From IMG/VR virus record IMGVR_UViG_2693429557_000011: a stretch of 29,524 nucleotides of DNA; one strand, 5' to 3'. The translations under genes and the position numbers were made by a program. The stretch is from a virus (lineage: Duplodnaviria > Heunggongvirae > Uroviricota > Caudoviricetes). The first letter of the stretch is position 1. The number at the start of each line of letters is the position of its first letter. The notes under the pieces were generated by a model that ran no database searches, was not told the origin of the DNA, and was given only the letters and a program-made list of their open reading frames with translations. Below, piece after piece: positions 14,656-23,502 of the stretch.

Positions 14656-16406
14656 CAGAACTCCATAACCGTGAAACGCTCGTTTTCTCCTTCGCCGCCA
14701 ATCGGTTCGTTAATGACAGCAAGCATGGTTGCCCACGCAAGGTCGCCGTGGCTGATCCCCCTCGCGCGGTCCGTTTCGTAAGTGATAAAACCGCCCGGTG
14801 TTTTCACCTTACGCACGGCGTTAAAGGCCGCAACCAGCTCGCGTTCGGCGCGATCGTATTCCCACCGCCCGGCACGCATTATTTGCAGCATTTTCAGTAC
14901 CAGCGACCGTTTTGATGACAGCGTGAAGGTGTAAGGGATGGCGGCGGGAAAAAACCGTTTCACTATCTGATAGACGGCATCCCCGTGCCCGCCCGTCGCA
15001 TCAATGCCGATGTGTTCCACGTTGTAGCGATACGTGAACTCTTCAATAACTCTGGCCTGCTCTTCAAATTCCAGCCCCTGAACGCGTCGCGTCTCCACCG
15101 TTCTGAAACGACCACCAGGAACAGCCGGAGGAACCACCACGGACACAGCGCCGCTGTCGCCGTTACCACTGCTGCCGTTTGCGTCATACCCAATCCATAC
15201 CGGACGATTCCCCATCGGGCGGGGGGCAAAGGGTTTCCAGTCTTTCCAGTCGTCGTATCCGTCAACACCGCAGCCAATCAGGATATTCAGGTTAAATGCC
15301 GATTCCCCTTCGCGGACAAACTCACACATATAGAGATTGCGGAACTCGTCTTCGGTGTTTTCATCACGAATTTCATCAATATCGGTGTGTTTCCAGCCGT
15401 GATTAACCACATCTTCCAGCGTGACAATTTGCCGCCACGTCCGGTCAGGGCAGATAAGCCCGTTATGCAGCGTTTTCCAGTCCACAGAAAAACGCTGGCG
15501 TTTATGCGCGGCCTTTTTCTCGTTCCAGCGGTCGCCGTTCCAGTAGGCGTATGCCTCGTGCGTTTCGGTGGATGGCGTGGAGAAGCAGGTGCGCCGCAGT
15601 CCGCTGAGGGTTGCCATAGCGCCAGCCACCTTGCGCAGTTCAGCAAAGCGACTGACCCAGAAAAATTCATCAAAATAAAAATTGCCCGTGTAAGATTGCG
15701 CCGTCGCAGCAGAAGTGCCGAGAAAATGCATCTCTGCGCCGTTGGAGAGGATGATTTTATCGCCCCCTTTCAGCTCCACATCGACTTCAGCCGCGGCCTT
15801 CTGAATAATGCTTTTAAACTGGAACGCCTGACGACGCGACGCAGACAAAAAAATCTGGTTACGCTGGTAAGGTTGTGCCACATCGTCACGCAGCGCCATC
15901 AGCAGTGCTTCCTGTGCAAAATACCAGGTCGCCCCAATCTGTCGGGATTTCAGGATCATCCTGTTACGTATCCCGGCTTCCCTGCAAAGCGTCAGGGAGT
16001 CAAACCAGCCCCGCTGATGCCACTCCAGCCTGCTGATGATTTTTTCCCGCAGTGCGGCAATCTGTTCCGGCGTGAAATGATTTTTGAGTTTTTTCGCCCG
16101 GCCTTTCTTTCCTGTGGCCGTCGCATCCGGCTGGCCATCATGCAGTTTTTTAAGCTGCCGGGTCAGCAGGTCTATTTCCTTAAAGTCACCACCTGTTTTA
16201 TTCTGTTTTTCAGTAAGCTGGATGAGGCGCGCATCGATGGACTGCGTGACACGCTGCACGGGTGGCGTTTCATCCCACTGGTCGCGTTTTTTCCACGCAT
16301 AAATCGTGTTCGGGTTTATTCCCATCAGACGTGATATTTCTGCGGGCGGATAACCCTGCCAGTAAAGTTGCCGCGCACGCTGGCGCACAAAAGCGTCCTG
16401 AATCAT
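14655..16406 (-). CDS. Terminase large subunit (ATPase/nuclease), P2 gpP type
   Basis: 583-aa ORF. The N-terminal HTH-like segment is YWQGYPPAEISRLMGINPNTIYAWKKR. The Walker A-like region is ILKSRQIGAT and the Walker B-like region is NFYFDEFFW. The 1-nt overlap with Q follows the P2 order. Confidence 0.9.
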   Translation of the reverse strand: MIQDAFVRQRARQLYWQGYPPAEISRLMGINPNTIYAWKKRDQWDETPPVQRVTQSIDARLIQLTEKQNKTGGDFKEIDLLTRQLKKLHDGQPDATATGKKGRAKKLKNHFTPEQIAALREKIISRLEWHQRGWFDSLTLCREAGIRNRMILKSRQIGATWYFAQEALLMALRDDVAQPYQRNQIFLSASRRQAFQFKSIIQKAAAEVDVELKGGDKIILSNGAEMHFLGTSAATAQSYTGNFYFDEFFWVSRFAELRKVAGAMATLSGLRRTCFSTPSTETHEAYAYWNGDRWNEKKAAHKRQRFSVDWKTLHNGLICPDRTWRQIVTLEDVVNHGWKHTDIDEIRDENTEDEFRNLYMCEFVREGESAFNLNILIGCGVDGYDDWKDWKPFAPRPMGNRPVWIGYDANGSSGNGDSGAVSVVVPPAVPGGRFRTVETRRVQGLEFEEQARVIEEFTYRYNVEHIGIDATGGHGDAVYQIVKRFFPAAIPYTFTLSSKRSLVLKMLQIMRAGRWEYDRAERELVAAFNAVRKVKTPGGFITYETDRARGISHGDLAWATMLAVINEPIGGEGENERFTVMEF

Positions 16407-16560
16407 TGCTCCCCCTGAGTAATTACAGGAAGATTACCCGCGCGCGAAACCGTTCTCCTTAACCCCCTGTTCTGGCCGTTTTCTTACAACAAAAGCCCTT
16501 TGTATCAGCCTGTTACGCTTTGCCATCATGACTGAAGAACCAGTCAGAGGGGCAAAAACT
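16407..16560. promoter_or_regulatory. Divergent late-promoter region between the P and O operons
   Basis: Called on position, between divergent late operons as in P2. There is only an imperfect dyad, TGT (16468-16470) N15 ACA (16486-16488), not the canonical TGT-N12-ACA activator site. Confidence 0.35.
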
Positions 16561-17397
16561 ATGGCTAATGAAAAAAAGACATCCCGCAAAAAGTTTCGCG
16601 TGGCTGTCTCCGGATCAACTGTTGATGGCCGTGAAATCAGTCCGGTGCATCTGCGTGAAGCCGCCGAGAACTTCAACCCGGATGTTTACGCTGCCCGCGT
16701 GAACGTTGAGCACTATCTCTCGCCATGCCCGTCAAGCGAATTTTCCGCAATGGGCGATGTCACCGCACTGAGTACGGAAGACATTACGGAAGGTCCGCTG
16801 GCCGGACGTACTGCGCTGTATGCAGAAATCGAACCGACCGAGCGCATGAAGCAGCTTGTCGCGGACGGCAAGAAAATCTATTCCAGTATCGAACTGCACC
16901 CGCAGTTCTCCGTTAACGGGCGCGCCTATCTGGTCGGGCTGGCGATGACCGACACCCCGGCAAGCCTGGGCACTGAGCGCCTGAAATTCACGGCACAGCA
17001 ACGTCAGGCGGTGATGACGTTCAACAGTATCCAGGGTGAAGCACCGCTTATCTCCGAAGCCATCGAGTCTGAAATCATCGAAATGGCAGAACAACGCCAG
17101 GAAGAAGGCACCCAGTGGTTTAACCGCGTAATGGGGATTATTGGTCGTGGCCGCAAAGCGGATGACGCCAGTTTCTCCCGTATTCAGGAAGCGGTGGAAA
17201 GCGTCGCAACGTCACAGGCCGACATTATCGACCGTTTTAATGCGCTGGAAACACGCCATCAGCAGGACAGCCAGAAAATCACTTTACTGACCACGGAGCT
17301 GACAGCACTGAAGGAAAAACTGCGCACGCAGGACGGCGATCCGCAGAACCGGTTCACCGCAACGGGCGCAGCCTCCGACCAGCTGGCTGACTTCTGA
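16561..17397 (+). CDS. Capsid scaffolding protein, P2 gpO type
   Basis: Start placed at the ATG at 16561 (MANEKKTSRKKFRVAVSGSTVDGREIS), which aligns with P2 gpO MAKKVSKFFRIGVEGDTCDGRVIS. YLVGLAMTDTPASLGTE matches P2 YLVGLAVTDDPASLGTE. Confidence 0.9.
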   Translation: MANEKKTSRKKFRVAVSGSTVDGREISPVHLREAAENFNPDVYAARVNVEHYLSPCPSSEFSAMGDVTALSTEDITEGPLAGRTALYAEIEPTERMKQLVADGKKIYSSIELHPQFSVNGRAYLVGLAMTDTPASLGTERLKFTAQQRQAVMTFNSIQGEAPLISEAIESEIIEMAEQRQEEGTQWFNRVMGIIGRGRKADDASFSRIQEAVESVATSQADIIDRFNALETRHQQDSQKITLLTTELTALKEKLRTQDGDPQNRFTATGAASDQLADF

Positions 17398-17420
17398 TAA
17401 GACAAAGGAGCAAATTTTTT

Positions 17421-18473
17421 ATGAATCTGGTGATGTCAGATATTACCCGCAACAAGCTGGGTTGCTATATGGCGCAGCAGGCGTCGCTTAACAATATCCC
17501 GGTTTCTGCACTGGTATCGCGATTTACCGTGGAACCTGCGGTGCAGCAACGTTTTGAAAACGCCTCAAAGGATAGCACCGAACTTACAAAAAAAATTAAC
17601 GTGATCGGCGTGACCGACCAGAAAGGCGAAAAAATCCTCCTGGACACCACAGGACCGATTGCACGCACAAATACCAGTTATGACGGAACAAAACGCCGTA
17701 ACCCGAATAACGTGGTTGATCTGAAAAACCGCAAATACCAGTGCGAACAGGTGAACTACGACACGTTTATTTCGTATCCGCAGCTTGATGCCTGGTCGGC
17801 ACACAGCGATTTTCAGTCCCGCATCAGCGCACAGATTGCCCGACAGGTGGCACTTGACCGCATCATGATCGGTTTCAACGGCACATCTCACGCGGATGAG
17901 TCCAACTTCAGCACCAACAAGCTGCTTCAGGACGTTAACGTGGGGTGGCTGGAGCACATCAGAACCAATGCCAGCGAGCGCGTAATGAATGACGTGACGC
18001 TGACTTCCCGCAACATGGACAACACCGTGGCGCACGCGGGTAAATACGCGAACCCTGATGCACTGGTACAGGACGCGCGCTCATCTCTGCTGGATGAATG
18101 GCACAAGGAAGCTGACGACCTCGTGGTGATTATGGGGCGCAACCTGTTTAACTCGCTGCGTCTGCCAGTGCTGAACAGCATCAGCGGCCAGAATCCCAAT
18201 GCGGAATTACTTGCCGGGCAGCTCATCCTGTCATCGCGCACCATTGGCGGGCTGGGTGTGTTCCTTGCACCGTTCTTCCCGGATGCAACGATGCTGATCA
18301 CCTCATTCAACAACCTGTCGATTTACTGGCAGAAAGGTTCAATGCGTCGTCTGATGAAAGACGAACCGGAATACAACCGCATCGCCACCTACCAGTCCAT
18401 CAATGACGCTTATGTCGTTGAAGACTATGGCAAGTGCGCGATGGTCACTGGCCTGAAGTTCGCCGACAGCTAA
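17421..18473 (+). CDS. Major capsid protein, P2 gpN type
   Basis: 350-aa ORF. FTVEP.V.Q, IMIGFNG, LLQDVNVGWL and LSIYW... are colinear with P2 gpN (FTVEPSVTQ, IMAGFNG, MLQDVAVGWL, LSIYY). Confidence 0.9.
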   Translation: MNLVMSDITRNKLGCYMAQQASLNNIPVSALVSRFTVEPAVQQRFENASKDSTELTKKINVIGVTDQKGEKILLDTTGPIARTNTSYDGTKRRNPNNVVDLKNRKYQCEQVNYDTFISYPQLDAWSAHSDFQSRISAQIARQVALDRIMIGFNGTSHADESNFSTNKLLQDVNVGWLEHIRTNASERVMNDVTLTSRNMDNTVAHAGKYANPDALVQDARSSLLDEWHKEADDLVVIMGRNLFNSLRLPVLNSISGQNPNAELLAGQLILSSRTIGGLGVFLAPFFPDATMLITSFNNLSIYWQKGSMRRLMKDEPEYNRIATYQSINDAYVVEDYGKCAMVTGLKFADS

Positions 18474-18518
18474 TCAACTCACGGCGGGCATCATGCCCGC
18501 CTGTAACGGAGAGAAAAA

Positions 18519-19319
18519 ATGATTACTCCTGCACAGCAACACTGGCAGAACGTGATGGCACAGCGCGCAGGCCGGGCGAATGAAGGTGTGGACCACGCCG
18601 CGCGTACCGCGCATGAAGAGGTGCTGTATCGTCTGCGTCTGGCACAGGCCCGGCTTAAGGGCGTACAGGCCAGAAGCGCGAAAGCCGACATCAAAAAAGC
18701 GTTGTTGCCGGACTTTTCCGGCTGGATTGAGGGAACGCTGGAGGCTGACGGCGGGCAACAGGACGAAGTGATTGCCACGCTGATGGTGTGGGCGATTGAC
18801 TGCGGCGATCTTCCGCTTGCGCTGCGTATTGGTGCGTATGCGGTCCGTCACAACCTCATCATGCCGGATAACTTTGGCCGTACTGCTGCCACAGTGCTGA
18901 CCGAAGAAATCTGCAATCCGGTACTGACGCAGGCCGGGACGGATGCCGACGCGGATTTGTCCGTCTTTATCGAACCACTGGACACACTTTGGGAAATTGT
19001 CGCCAACCAGGATATGCCGGACGAAGTGCGCGCCAAATTATGCAAGGCGTGCGCCTTTGCCCGCCGTGGCCTGAGCGATGCGGACAGCATGGCCTCATCA
19101 CTGAAGCTGCTGCGCGAAGCGATGCATCTGAACCAGAACGCAGGTGTGAAACGCGAGATTGCAACCCTTTCCCGCGCCCTGAAAAAAGCCGATTCCGCAG
19201 CCGCACCAGAAGACGCCAGCGCACAGCAGGCGCAGGACGAAAGCAGCGAAAGTAAAAAGACAACGCGGAAGCCTGCAACACGAAAAACCACCGCGACGCA
19301 GAAGGCGAAGCGCGGTTAA
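18519..19319 (+). CDS. Terminase small subunit, P2 gpM type
   Basis: 266-aa ORF. The N-terminus MITPAQQHW, DMPDEVRAKL (identical to P2 M), AGVKREI and the basic C-terminal tail resemble P2 gpM. Confidence 0.85.
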   Translation: MITPAQQHWQNVMAQRAGRANEGVDHAARTAHEEVLYRLRLAQARLKGVQARSAKADIKKALLPDFSGWIEGTLEADGGQQDEVIATLMVWAIDCGDLPLALRIGAYAVRHNLIMPDNFGRTAATVLTEEICNPVLTQAGTDADADLSVFIEPLDTLWEIVANQDMPDEVRAKLCKACAFARRGLSDADSMASSLKLLREAMHLNQNAGVKREIATLSRALKKADSAAAPEDASAQQAQDESSESKKTTRKPATRKTTATQKAKRG

Positions 19320-19420
19320 CGACTGACCCCGTCAGCGGGCGGCGTGCGCGGTGTTCCGGTTTGGCTCCGTGACCGTTTACACCGCGCACCCACCGCCCGA
19401 TTTTTTCAGGAGTGAACCCC

Positions 19421-19915
19421 ATGAGTATGGTTGCCAGAACTGAACCCGGACCCGCAGAGGACGACATCACCGACACCGAAGATGGCGATACCCGTATTTC
19501 AGCGAGTGCATTCTGGCCGGATATTGTGCTGCGCGAGCTGCGTCTGGCGGTACGACTGCCGGGCCGCGTGACCACCTCCCGCCTGCTGCATACCGCCACC
19601 GGGGCCGTGGCACACGTTACCCGCGAGCTGGAAGCATGGCAGCAGGAACAGCAGGCGGCTGGCCATCAGACGCTGGCCGATGTTCCGGCACCTGTAATTA
19701 ACGGAGAAAGCGTCAATCTCTGGCACTGGCGCAATGCTGTTTATACCGCCACACGCGCCCTGATTCTGGAGCGTTACCGCGATGCGGACACAACGGACAA
19801 GGGCGACCGCCGGGCGGACGCACTGGATATACAGACATCGGATTTGTGGCGCGATGTGAGCTGGGCCATCTCTGACATTCTGTGCCGCCCGCGAATCTTT
19901 GCGGAGTTGTGCTGA
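19421..19915 (+). CDS. Head completion/stabilisation protein, P2 gpL type
   Basis: ATG at 19421 lies 8 nt after AGGAG (19408-19412). LADVPAP.INGESV, ERYRD.D.T.KGD..AD and ELWRD..WA match P2 gpL. Confidence 0.85.
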   Translation: MSMVARTEPGPAEDDITDTEDGDTRISASAFWPDIVLRELRLAVRLPGRVTTSRLLHTATGAVAHVTRELEAWQQEQQAAGHQTLADVPAPVINGESVNLWHWRNAVYTATRALILERYRDADTTDKGDRRADALDIQTSDLWRDVSWAISDILCRPRIFAELC

Positions 19916-20112
19916 TGAAAGTGAAGACACTGGAAGGCGACACCGTGGATTCGCTCTGTTTCCGGTACTACGGCACGACGCAGGGCGTCACCGAAAAGGT
20001 GCTGGATGCCAACCCCGGACTCTGCCGACAGGTATTTCTGGAAGCCGGACAGGAGGTGGAAATGCCGGAGCCGGAGAAGAAAAAACAACGAGAGATGATA
20101 CAGCTATGGTAA
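19915..20112 (+). CDS. Tail protein X (LysM-like), P2 gpX type
   Basis: 65 aa from the ATG at 19915, overlapping the L stop. MKVKTLEGDTVDSLCFRYYGTTQGVTEKVLDANPGL compares with P2 X MKTFALQGDTLDAICVRYYGRTEGVVETVLAANPGL. Confidence 0.9.
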   Translation: MKVKTLEGDTVDSLCFRYYGTTQGVTEKVLDANPGLCRQVFLEAGQEVEMPEPEKKKQREMIQLW

Positions 20113-20408
20113 CAGGTTTTTTTCAGCGGGTGAGTGACTGGATCACCTTCTGGGCATCAGTCACAGCCACCACAATAGGCGTGATGACCATCAGTGAAAA
20201 AATCGCCCTTGCCGGGTTGTTACTCGGTTCTCTGTCTGCATTACATGCCTGGCGACATCGCCGCCTGATGGAAACCGCCATGCAGCGTCGCAATGAACTC
20301 ATCGCCAGTATCCTGGCGCAGTCAGACGCACGGCCACTTCACGACAGTGAGCGTCAGGCTCTGAACATTCTGCGGGATAACGATACACATGATAAAGCTG
20401 CCCGTTAA
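20106..20408 (+). CDS. Putative holin
   Basis: 100 aa from the ATG at 20106 (ATGGTAA overlap with the X stop). It has two hydrophobic segments (ITFWASVTATTIGVMTI, IALAGLLLGSLSAL) and a charged C-terminus. It lies directly before the endolysin. It is not similar to P2 gpY as I recall it. Confidence 0.55.
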   Translation: MVTGFFQRVSDWITFWASVTATTIGVMTISEKIALAGLLLGSLSALHAWRHRRLMETAMQRRNELIASILAQSDARPLHDSERQALNILRDNDTHDKAAR

Positions 20409-20937
20409 ACGTTACGCCGTAGCCGCCATTGTGGCGCTGGGGTTCTCCATTGCCCCTCACAAACTCCGGACCAGCCCGGAAGCGCAAATCCGCATTGCCA
20501 CATGGGAGGACTGTCGCGCAACGCCTTACCGGGATATTGCCGGGGTAATGACCGTGGGGTGCGGCTCGACCGGGCATGTGGAAAATCGTCTGTACACCGA
20601 AACGGAAGTCGCCGGGCGCTGGGTTAATGATATGCAACATGCAGAAAACTGCATAAATCAGAACTTCAGCGGCAACGCCATGCCACAGTCCGCGTTTGAG
20701 GCAATGACAGATGCCGCCTTTAATCTTGGATGCAGAAATCTTATGTGGTTCAGGGATAAGAACCGTAACTACCACCGCACCACTATCTGGAAACATGCAC
20801 AGGCGCACAACTGGCCTGACATGTGCAACAGACTGACTGACTTCGTGAACAGCGGCGGCGAACGCTCACAGGGACTGGTTAACCGTCGTACTGATTTTCG
20901 TGCATGGTGCTTACGTGACACCGGAGGCCAGTCATGA
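20389..20937 (+). CDS. Endolysin, T4-lysozyme-family (GH24) with N-terminal SAR-like hydrophobic segment
   Basis: 182-aa ORF. The weakly hydrophobic Ala/Gly-rich segment YAVAAIVALGFSIAP precedes the catalytic E-x8-D-x5-T pattern (WEDCRATPYRDIAGVMTVGCG). LVNRR..F..WC resembles the P21 R-type SAR endolysin. Confidence 0.8.
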   Translation: MIKLPVKRYAVAAIVALGFSIAPHKLRTSPEAQIRIATWEDCRATPYRDIAGVMTVGCGSTGHVENRLYTETEVAGRWVNDMQHAENCINQNFSGNAMPQSAFEAMTDAAFNLGCRNLMWFRDKNRNYHRTTIWKHAQAHNWPDMCNRLTDFVNSGGERSQGLVNRRTDFRAWCLRDTGGQS

Positions 20938-21407
20938 AAGTGCGTTACATCCTGATGATGGCACTGACCGTCCTCACGCTGCTGACCATAACACTCTGGC
21001 AGACATTCAGACTGGGGCAGGAAGACGGACACAACCGTTATACACAGGCGCAACTGGACGATTACAGCCGGACCCTGAAAGAGGCCGGCACCATCATCAG
21101 CACCGCATCCGGTGTACTGCGTGACGTCATGACAGCGCGCCAGAACCGACAACAGGAAGGGGAAATCCGACGTGAACAGCTACGCAACGATATCACGACA
21201 GATGCATGTGCCCGCGCTGTTCCTGACGCTCGCTTTACTGAGCGGTTGCACCAGCACGCAGAACGCGTCCGCGCCGCCGCCGTCGTTCCGTTTCATCCCG
21301 GAAGGGCTGACCGCCCCCGTACTTCCCCCGCCGTTTCCGGTGACGCCATCATGGGGAAACATCGGGATATGGAGCGACAGCCTCATGGACGCACTGGAAA
21401 CCTGTAA
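20934..21407 (+). CDS. i-spanin (Rz/LysB-like)
   Basis: 157-aa ORF with N-terminal TM ILMMALTVLTLLTITLW, then a charged, coiled region. It follows the endolysin and overlaps the o-spanin gene. Confidence 0.7.
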   Translation: MKVRYILMMALTVLTLLTITLWQTFRLGQEDGHNRYTQAQLDDYSRTLKEAGTIISTASGVLRDVMTARQNRQQEGEIRREQLRNDITTDACARAVPDARFTERLHQHAERVRAAAVVPFHPGRADRPRTSPAVSGDAIMGKHRDMERQPHGRTGNL

Positions 21408-21492
21408 CGCCGATAAGCGGGCCATTGAATTACTGGAACAGCGCAGGCTGCAACGACTGAACAACGAGGACAACAACCATGCTGAAAACTGA
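21202..21492 (+). CDS. o-spanin lipoprotein (Rz1/LysC-like), overlapped architecture
   Basis: ATG at 21202 gives MHVPALFLTLALLSGC with lipobox LLSGC, and the mature part is Pro-rich (PPPSFRF...PPPFPVTP). It starts inside the i-spanin gene in another frame and extends past it, as P2 lysB/lysC do. Confidence 0.75.
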   Translation: MHVPALFLTLALLSGCTSTQNASAPPPSFRFIPEGLTAPVLPPPFPVTPSWGNIGIWSDSLMDALETCNADKRAIELLEQRRLQRLNNEDNNHAEN

Positions 21493-21946
21493 TTCCCTGC
21501 GTGAAGCCATGACCCGTTCATGCCGGTGGTGTCATGCCAACCCGGAAAAATTCACCATTTTCGTGGAGAGCGGCAACATTGAAACGACCGGAGAAACCCC
21601 ATCGTTTGTTTACCGCTATCAGATAGTGATGTTTGTCATGGATTACGCCGGAGAGCTGGACGACCTCACGCTGCCGCTGCTGGCGTGGTTATCCGAAAAT
21701 CAGCCACAGTTGTTGCTCAATCCGGAGCGTAATCAGGACATCAAATTTTCCGCCGTTATCAATGACGATGACAGCGCCGATCTCCTGTTTACGCTCCCCC
21801 TGCGGGAACGCGTTCGCATCACGCGCAGCAGTCAGGGCACACCGCAGGCAGAACACCTGCCGGAGCCAAAACCCCGCCTGCCCTCTTCCGAAGGCGACTG
21901 GTCGCATGTATTCCAGGATGTGACGTGGGGGGAAAGCGATGGATAA
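21479..21946 (+). CDS. Tail completion protein, P2 gpR type
   Basis: 155-aa ORF. MLKTDSLREAMT...NPEKFTIFVE.G and LAWLSENQP match P2 gpR MLKPDSLRRALT...NPDMLRIFVDNG and LAWLRENQP. Confidence 0.85.
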   Translation: MLKTDSLREAMTRSCRWCHANPEKFTIFVESGNIETTGETPSFVYRYQIVMFVMDYAGELDDLTLPLLAWLSENQPQLLLNPERNQDIKFSAVINDDDSADLLFTLPLRERVRITRSSQGTPQAEHLPEPKPRLPSSEGDWSHVFQDVTWGESDG

Positions 21947-22574
21947 GGCATTCACCCGCGTGGATGAAACCTTTGAGGCTATCCGCGACAGCCTGAATCA
22001 GCAGGCCATTAATAACATCGCCAGAAAGCTGGCACAGGATTTACGCCGCGCCCAGCAGGCGCGTATCCGGTCACAGAAAGCGCCGGACGGGACCGCATGG
22101 ACACCACGCAGACGCCGCGTAACCCGGATACAGGAGCGCATTCGCTTTATCTGGAATAACGAAGCACGCACGCTGAAAAACTGGCATCACGACACGGGGA
22201 AATACGGGCGAACCATCACCGGGTGGGATGAGGATAAAAACAATATCCGCACGTTTTACCGGGATGACATCGACCGTTTTCTGGAAATACGCACCCGGCG
22301 CATCAACCAGGACAGCACCAGGCGCGTCTCCATGTTCGTAAAACTGCGCACCGCCCGCTACCTGAAAGCCCGTGCAGATGCTTCCGGTGTGACGGTGGGT
22401 TACAGCGGCGTGGCCGCACGTATTGCACGCGTTCATCAGTTCGGTGAGCGCGATCAGGTTGCGCCGGGCATTTTCACCGATTACCCGGTACGTGAGCTGC
22501 TGGGTATCAGCCAGGCAGATGAGCGCCTGATTTATAACACGGTGCTGGGCCGGATTGCGGAGGCTGTACGATGA
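21939..22574 (+). CDS. Virion morphogenesis / tail completion protein (gpS position)
   Basis: 211-aa ORF between the R-type and V-type genes, overlapping both neighbours. The call is based on synteny, and I could not confirm the sequence match from memory. Confidence 0.6.
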   Translation: MDKAFTRVDETFEAIRDSLNQQAINNIARKLAQDLRRAQQARIRSQKAPDGTAWTPRRRRVTRIQERIRFIWNNEARTLKNWHHDTGKYGRTITGWDEDKNNIRTFYRDDIDRFLEIRTRRINQDSTRRVSMFVKLRTARYLKARADASGVTVGYSGVAARIARVHQFGERDQVAPGIFTDYPVRELLGISQADERLIYNTVLGRIAEAVR

Positions 22575-23152
22575 GCGCAGAACTCATGCGACTGCTGAGC
22601 AATATCATCCGCACCGGGATCATCTCTGAAGTTGATGAGGAATCCTGGTGCGTGCGCGTTCGCAGCGGCGAACTGGAAACAGGCTGGCTGCGCTGGAACA
22701 CCACGCGCGCGGGAGACTTCAACGTGTGGTTTCCGCCATCACCAGGCGAACAGGTGGCAATTGCCTGCATCGGCGGCAACCCGGAAACCGCCATGATAAT
22801 CGGCAGCCTGTGGAGTGATGCCATTCCGGCACCCGGCAAAAGCCTGAAAGAAATCGTGGTCAGCGCGCCGGACGGCGCGGTGTTCCGCTACGACGCGGAC
22901 GCAGGCGCACTGAGCGCAAGCGGCATGAAAACGGCCACTTTGCAGGCATCCATCAGCGTGACACTGAACACGCCTGTCGTGGAATGCACAGACCTTCTGA
23001 GAACAGCGACGCTTGACGTCACAAAAGGGGGAACGATGAGCGGCAATATCACGCACAGCGGCGGCGATTTCACCTCAAACGGCATCACAGTGCATACGCA
23101 TAAGCACGGTGGCGTTAAAGGTGGCAGCGATTCGACAGGAGGCCCGCAGTGA
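22571..23152 (+). CDS. Baseplate central spike, P2 gpV type
   Basis: 193-aa ORF. IRTGII.E.D, W..PS.GEQV and the C-terminal KGGTMSGNITHSGGDFTSNGITVHTHKH match P2 gpV KGGTMRGNIEHTGGELSSNGKVLHTHKH. Confidence 0.9.
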   Translation: MSAELMRLLSNIIRTGIISEVDEESWCVRVRSGELETGWLRWNTTRAGDFNVWFPPSPGEQVAIACIGGNPETAMIIGSLWSDAIPAPGKSLKEIVVSAPDGAVFRYDADAGALSASGMKTATLQASISVTLNTPVVECTDLLRTATLDVTKGGTMSGNITHSGGDFTSNGITVHTHKHGGVKGGSDSTGGPQ

Positions 23153-23499
23153 CAACCCGCTACACAGGAATGAACCCGGACGGGACGGGAAACCTGAACG
23201 ATATGGCGCACCTGAAACAGTCAGTCAGGGACATCCTGACCACCCCGCTGGCAAGCCGGGTTATGCGACGGGAATATGGCAGCCTTGTGCCTGATTTGAT
23301 TGACGAACCCATGAATAACACCACGCGTCTGCAATGCATGAGTGCTACCGTGATTGCACTGACACGATGGGAACCACGCATTGCCCTGAACGCCATCGAC
23401 GTTGTCTGGAAGGCAGGAGGCCACGCCGGGGTGACGCTGTCGGGCACTGTCATGCAGACCATGCAGAATGTTGAATTAACCATCACGCTGAGGGAGTAA
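23149..23499 (+). CDS. Baseplate wedge protein, P2 gpW (gp25-like) type
   Basis: 116-aa ORF in the V-W-J-I order. The segment SVRDILTTPLASRVMRREYGS is typical of the GPW/gp25 family. Confidence 0.85.
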   Translation: MTTRYTGMNPDGTGNLNDMAHLKQSVRDILTTPLASRVMRREYGSLVPDLIDEPMNNTTRLQCMSATVIALTRWEPRIALNAIDVVWKAGGHAGVTLSGTVMQTMQNVELTITLRE

Positions 23500-23502
23500 A
23501 TC

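Noticed and set aside
14985-16334. 449-aa ORF on the plus strand
   Set aside because: It is entirely antisense to the gpP-type large terminase, which is strongly supported. Its composition is Arg/Pro/Phe-rich with no motif, so it is a shadow ORF.
16468-16488. Possible Ogr/Delta-type late activator site (TGT...ACA dyad) between P and O
   Set aside because: The spacing is N15 rather than the canonical N12, and no ogr gene is present in the window to support it. It is kept only as a low-confidence note within the divergent promoter region.
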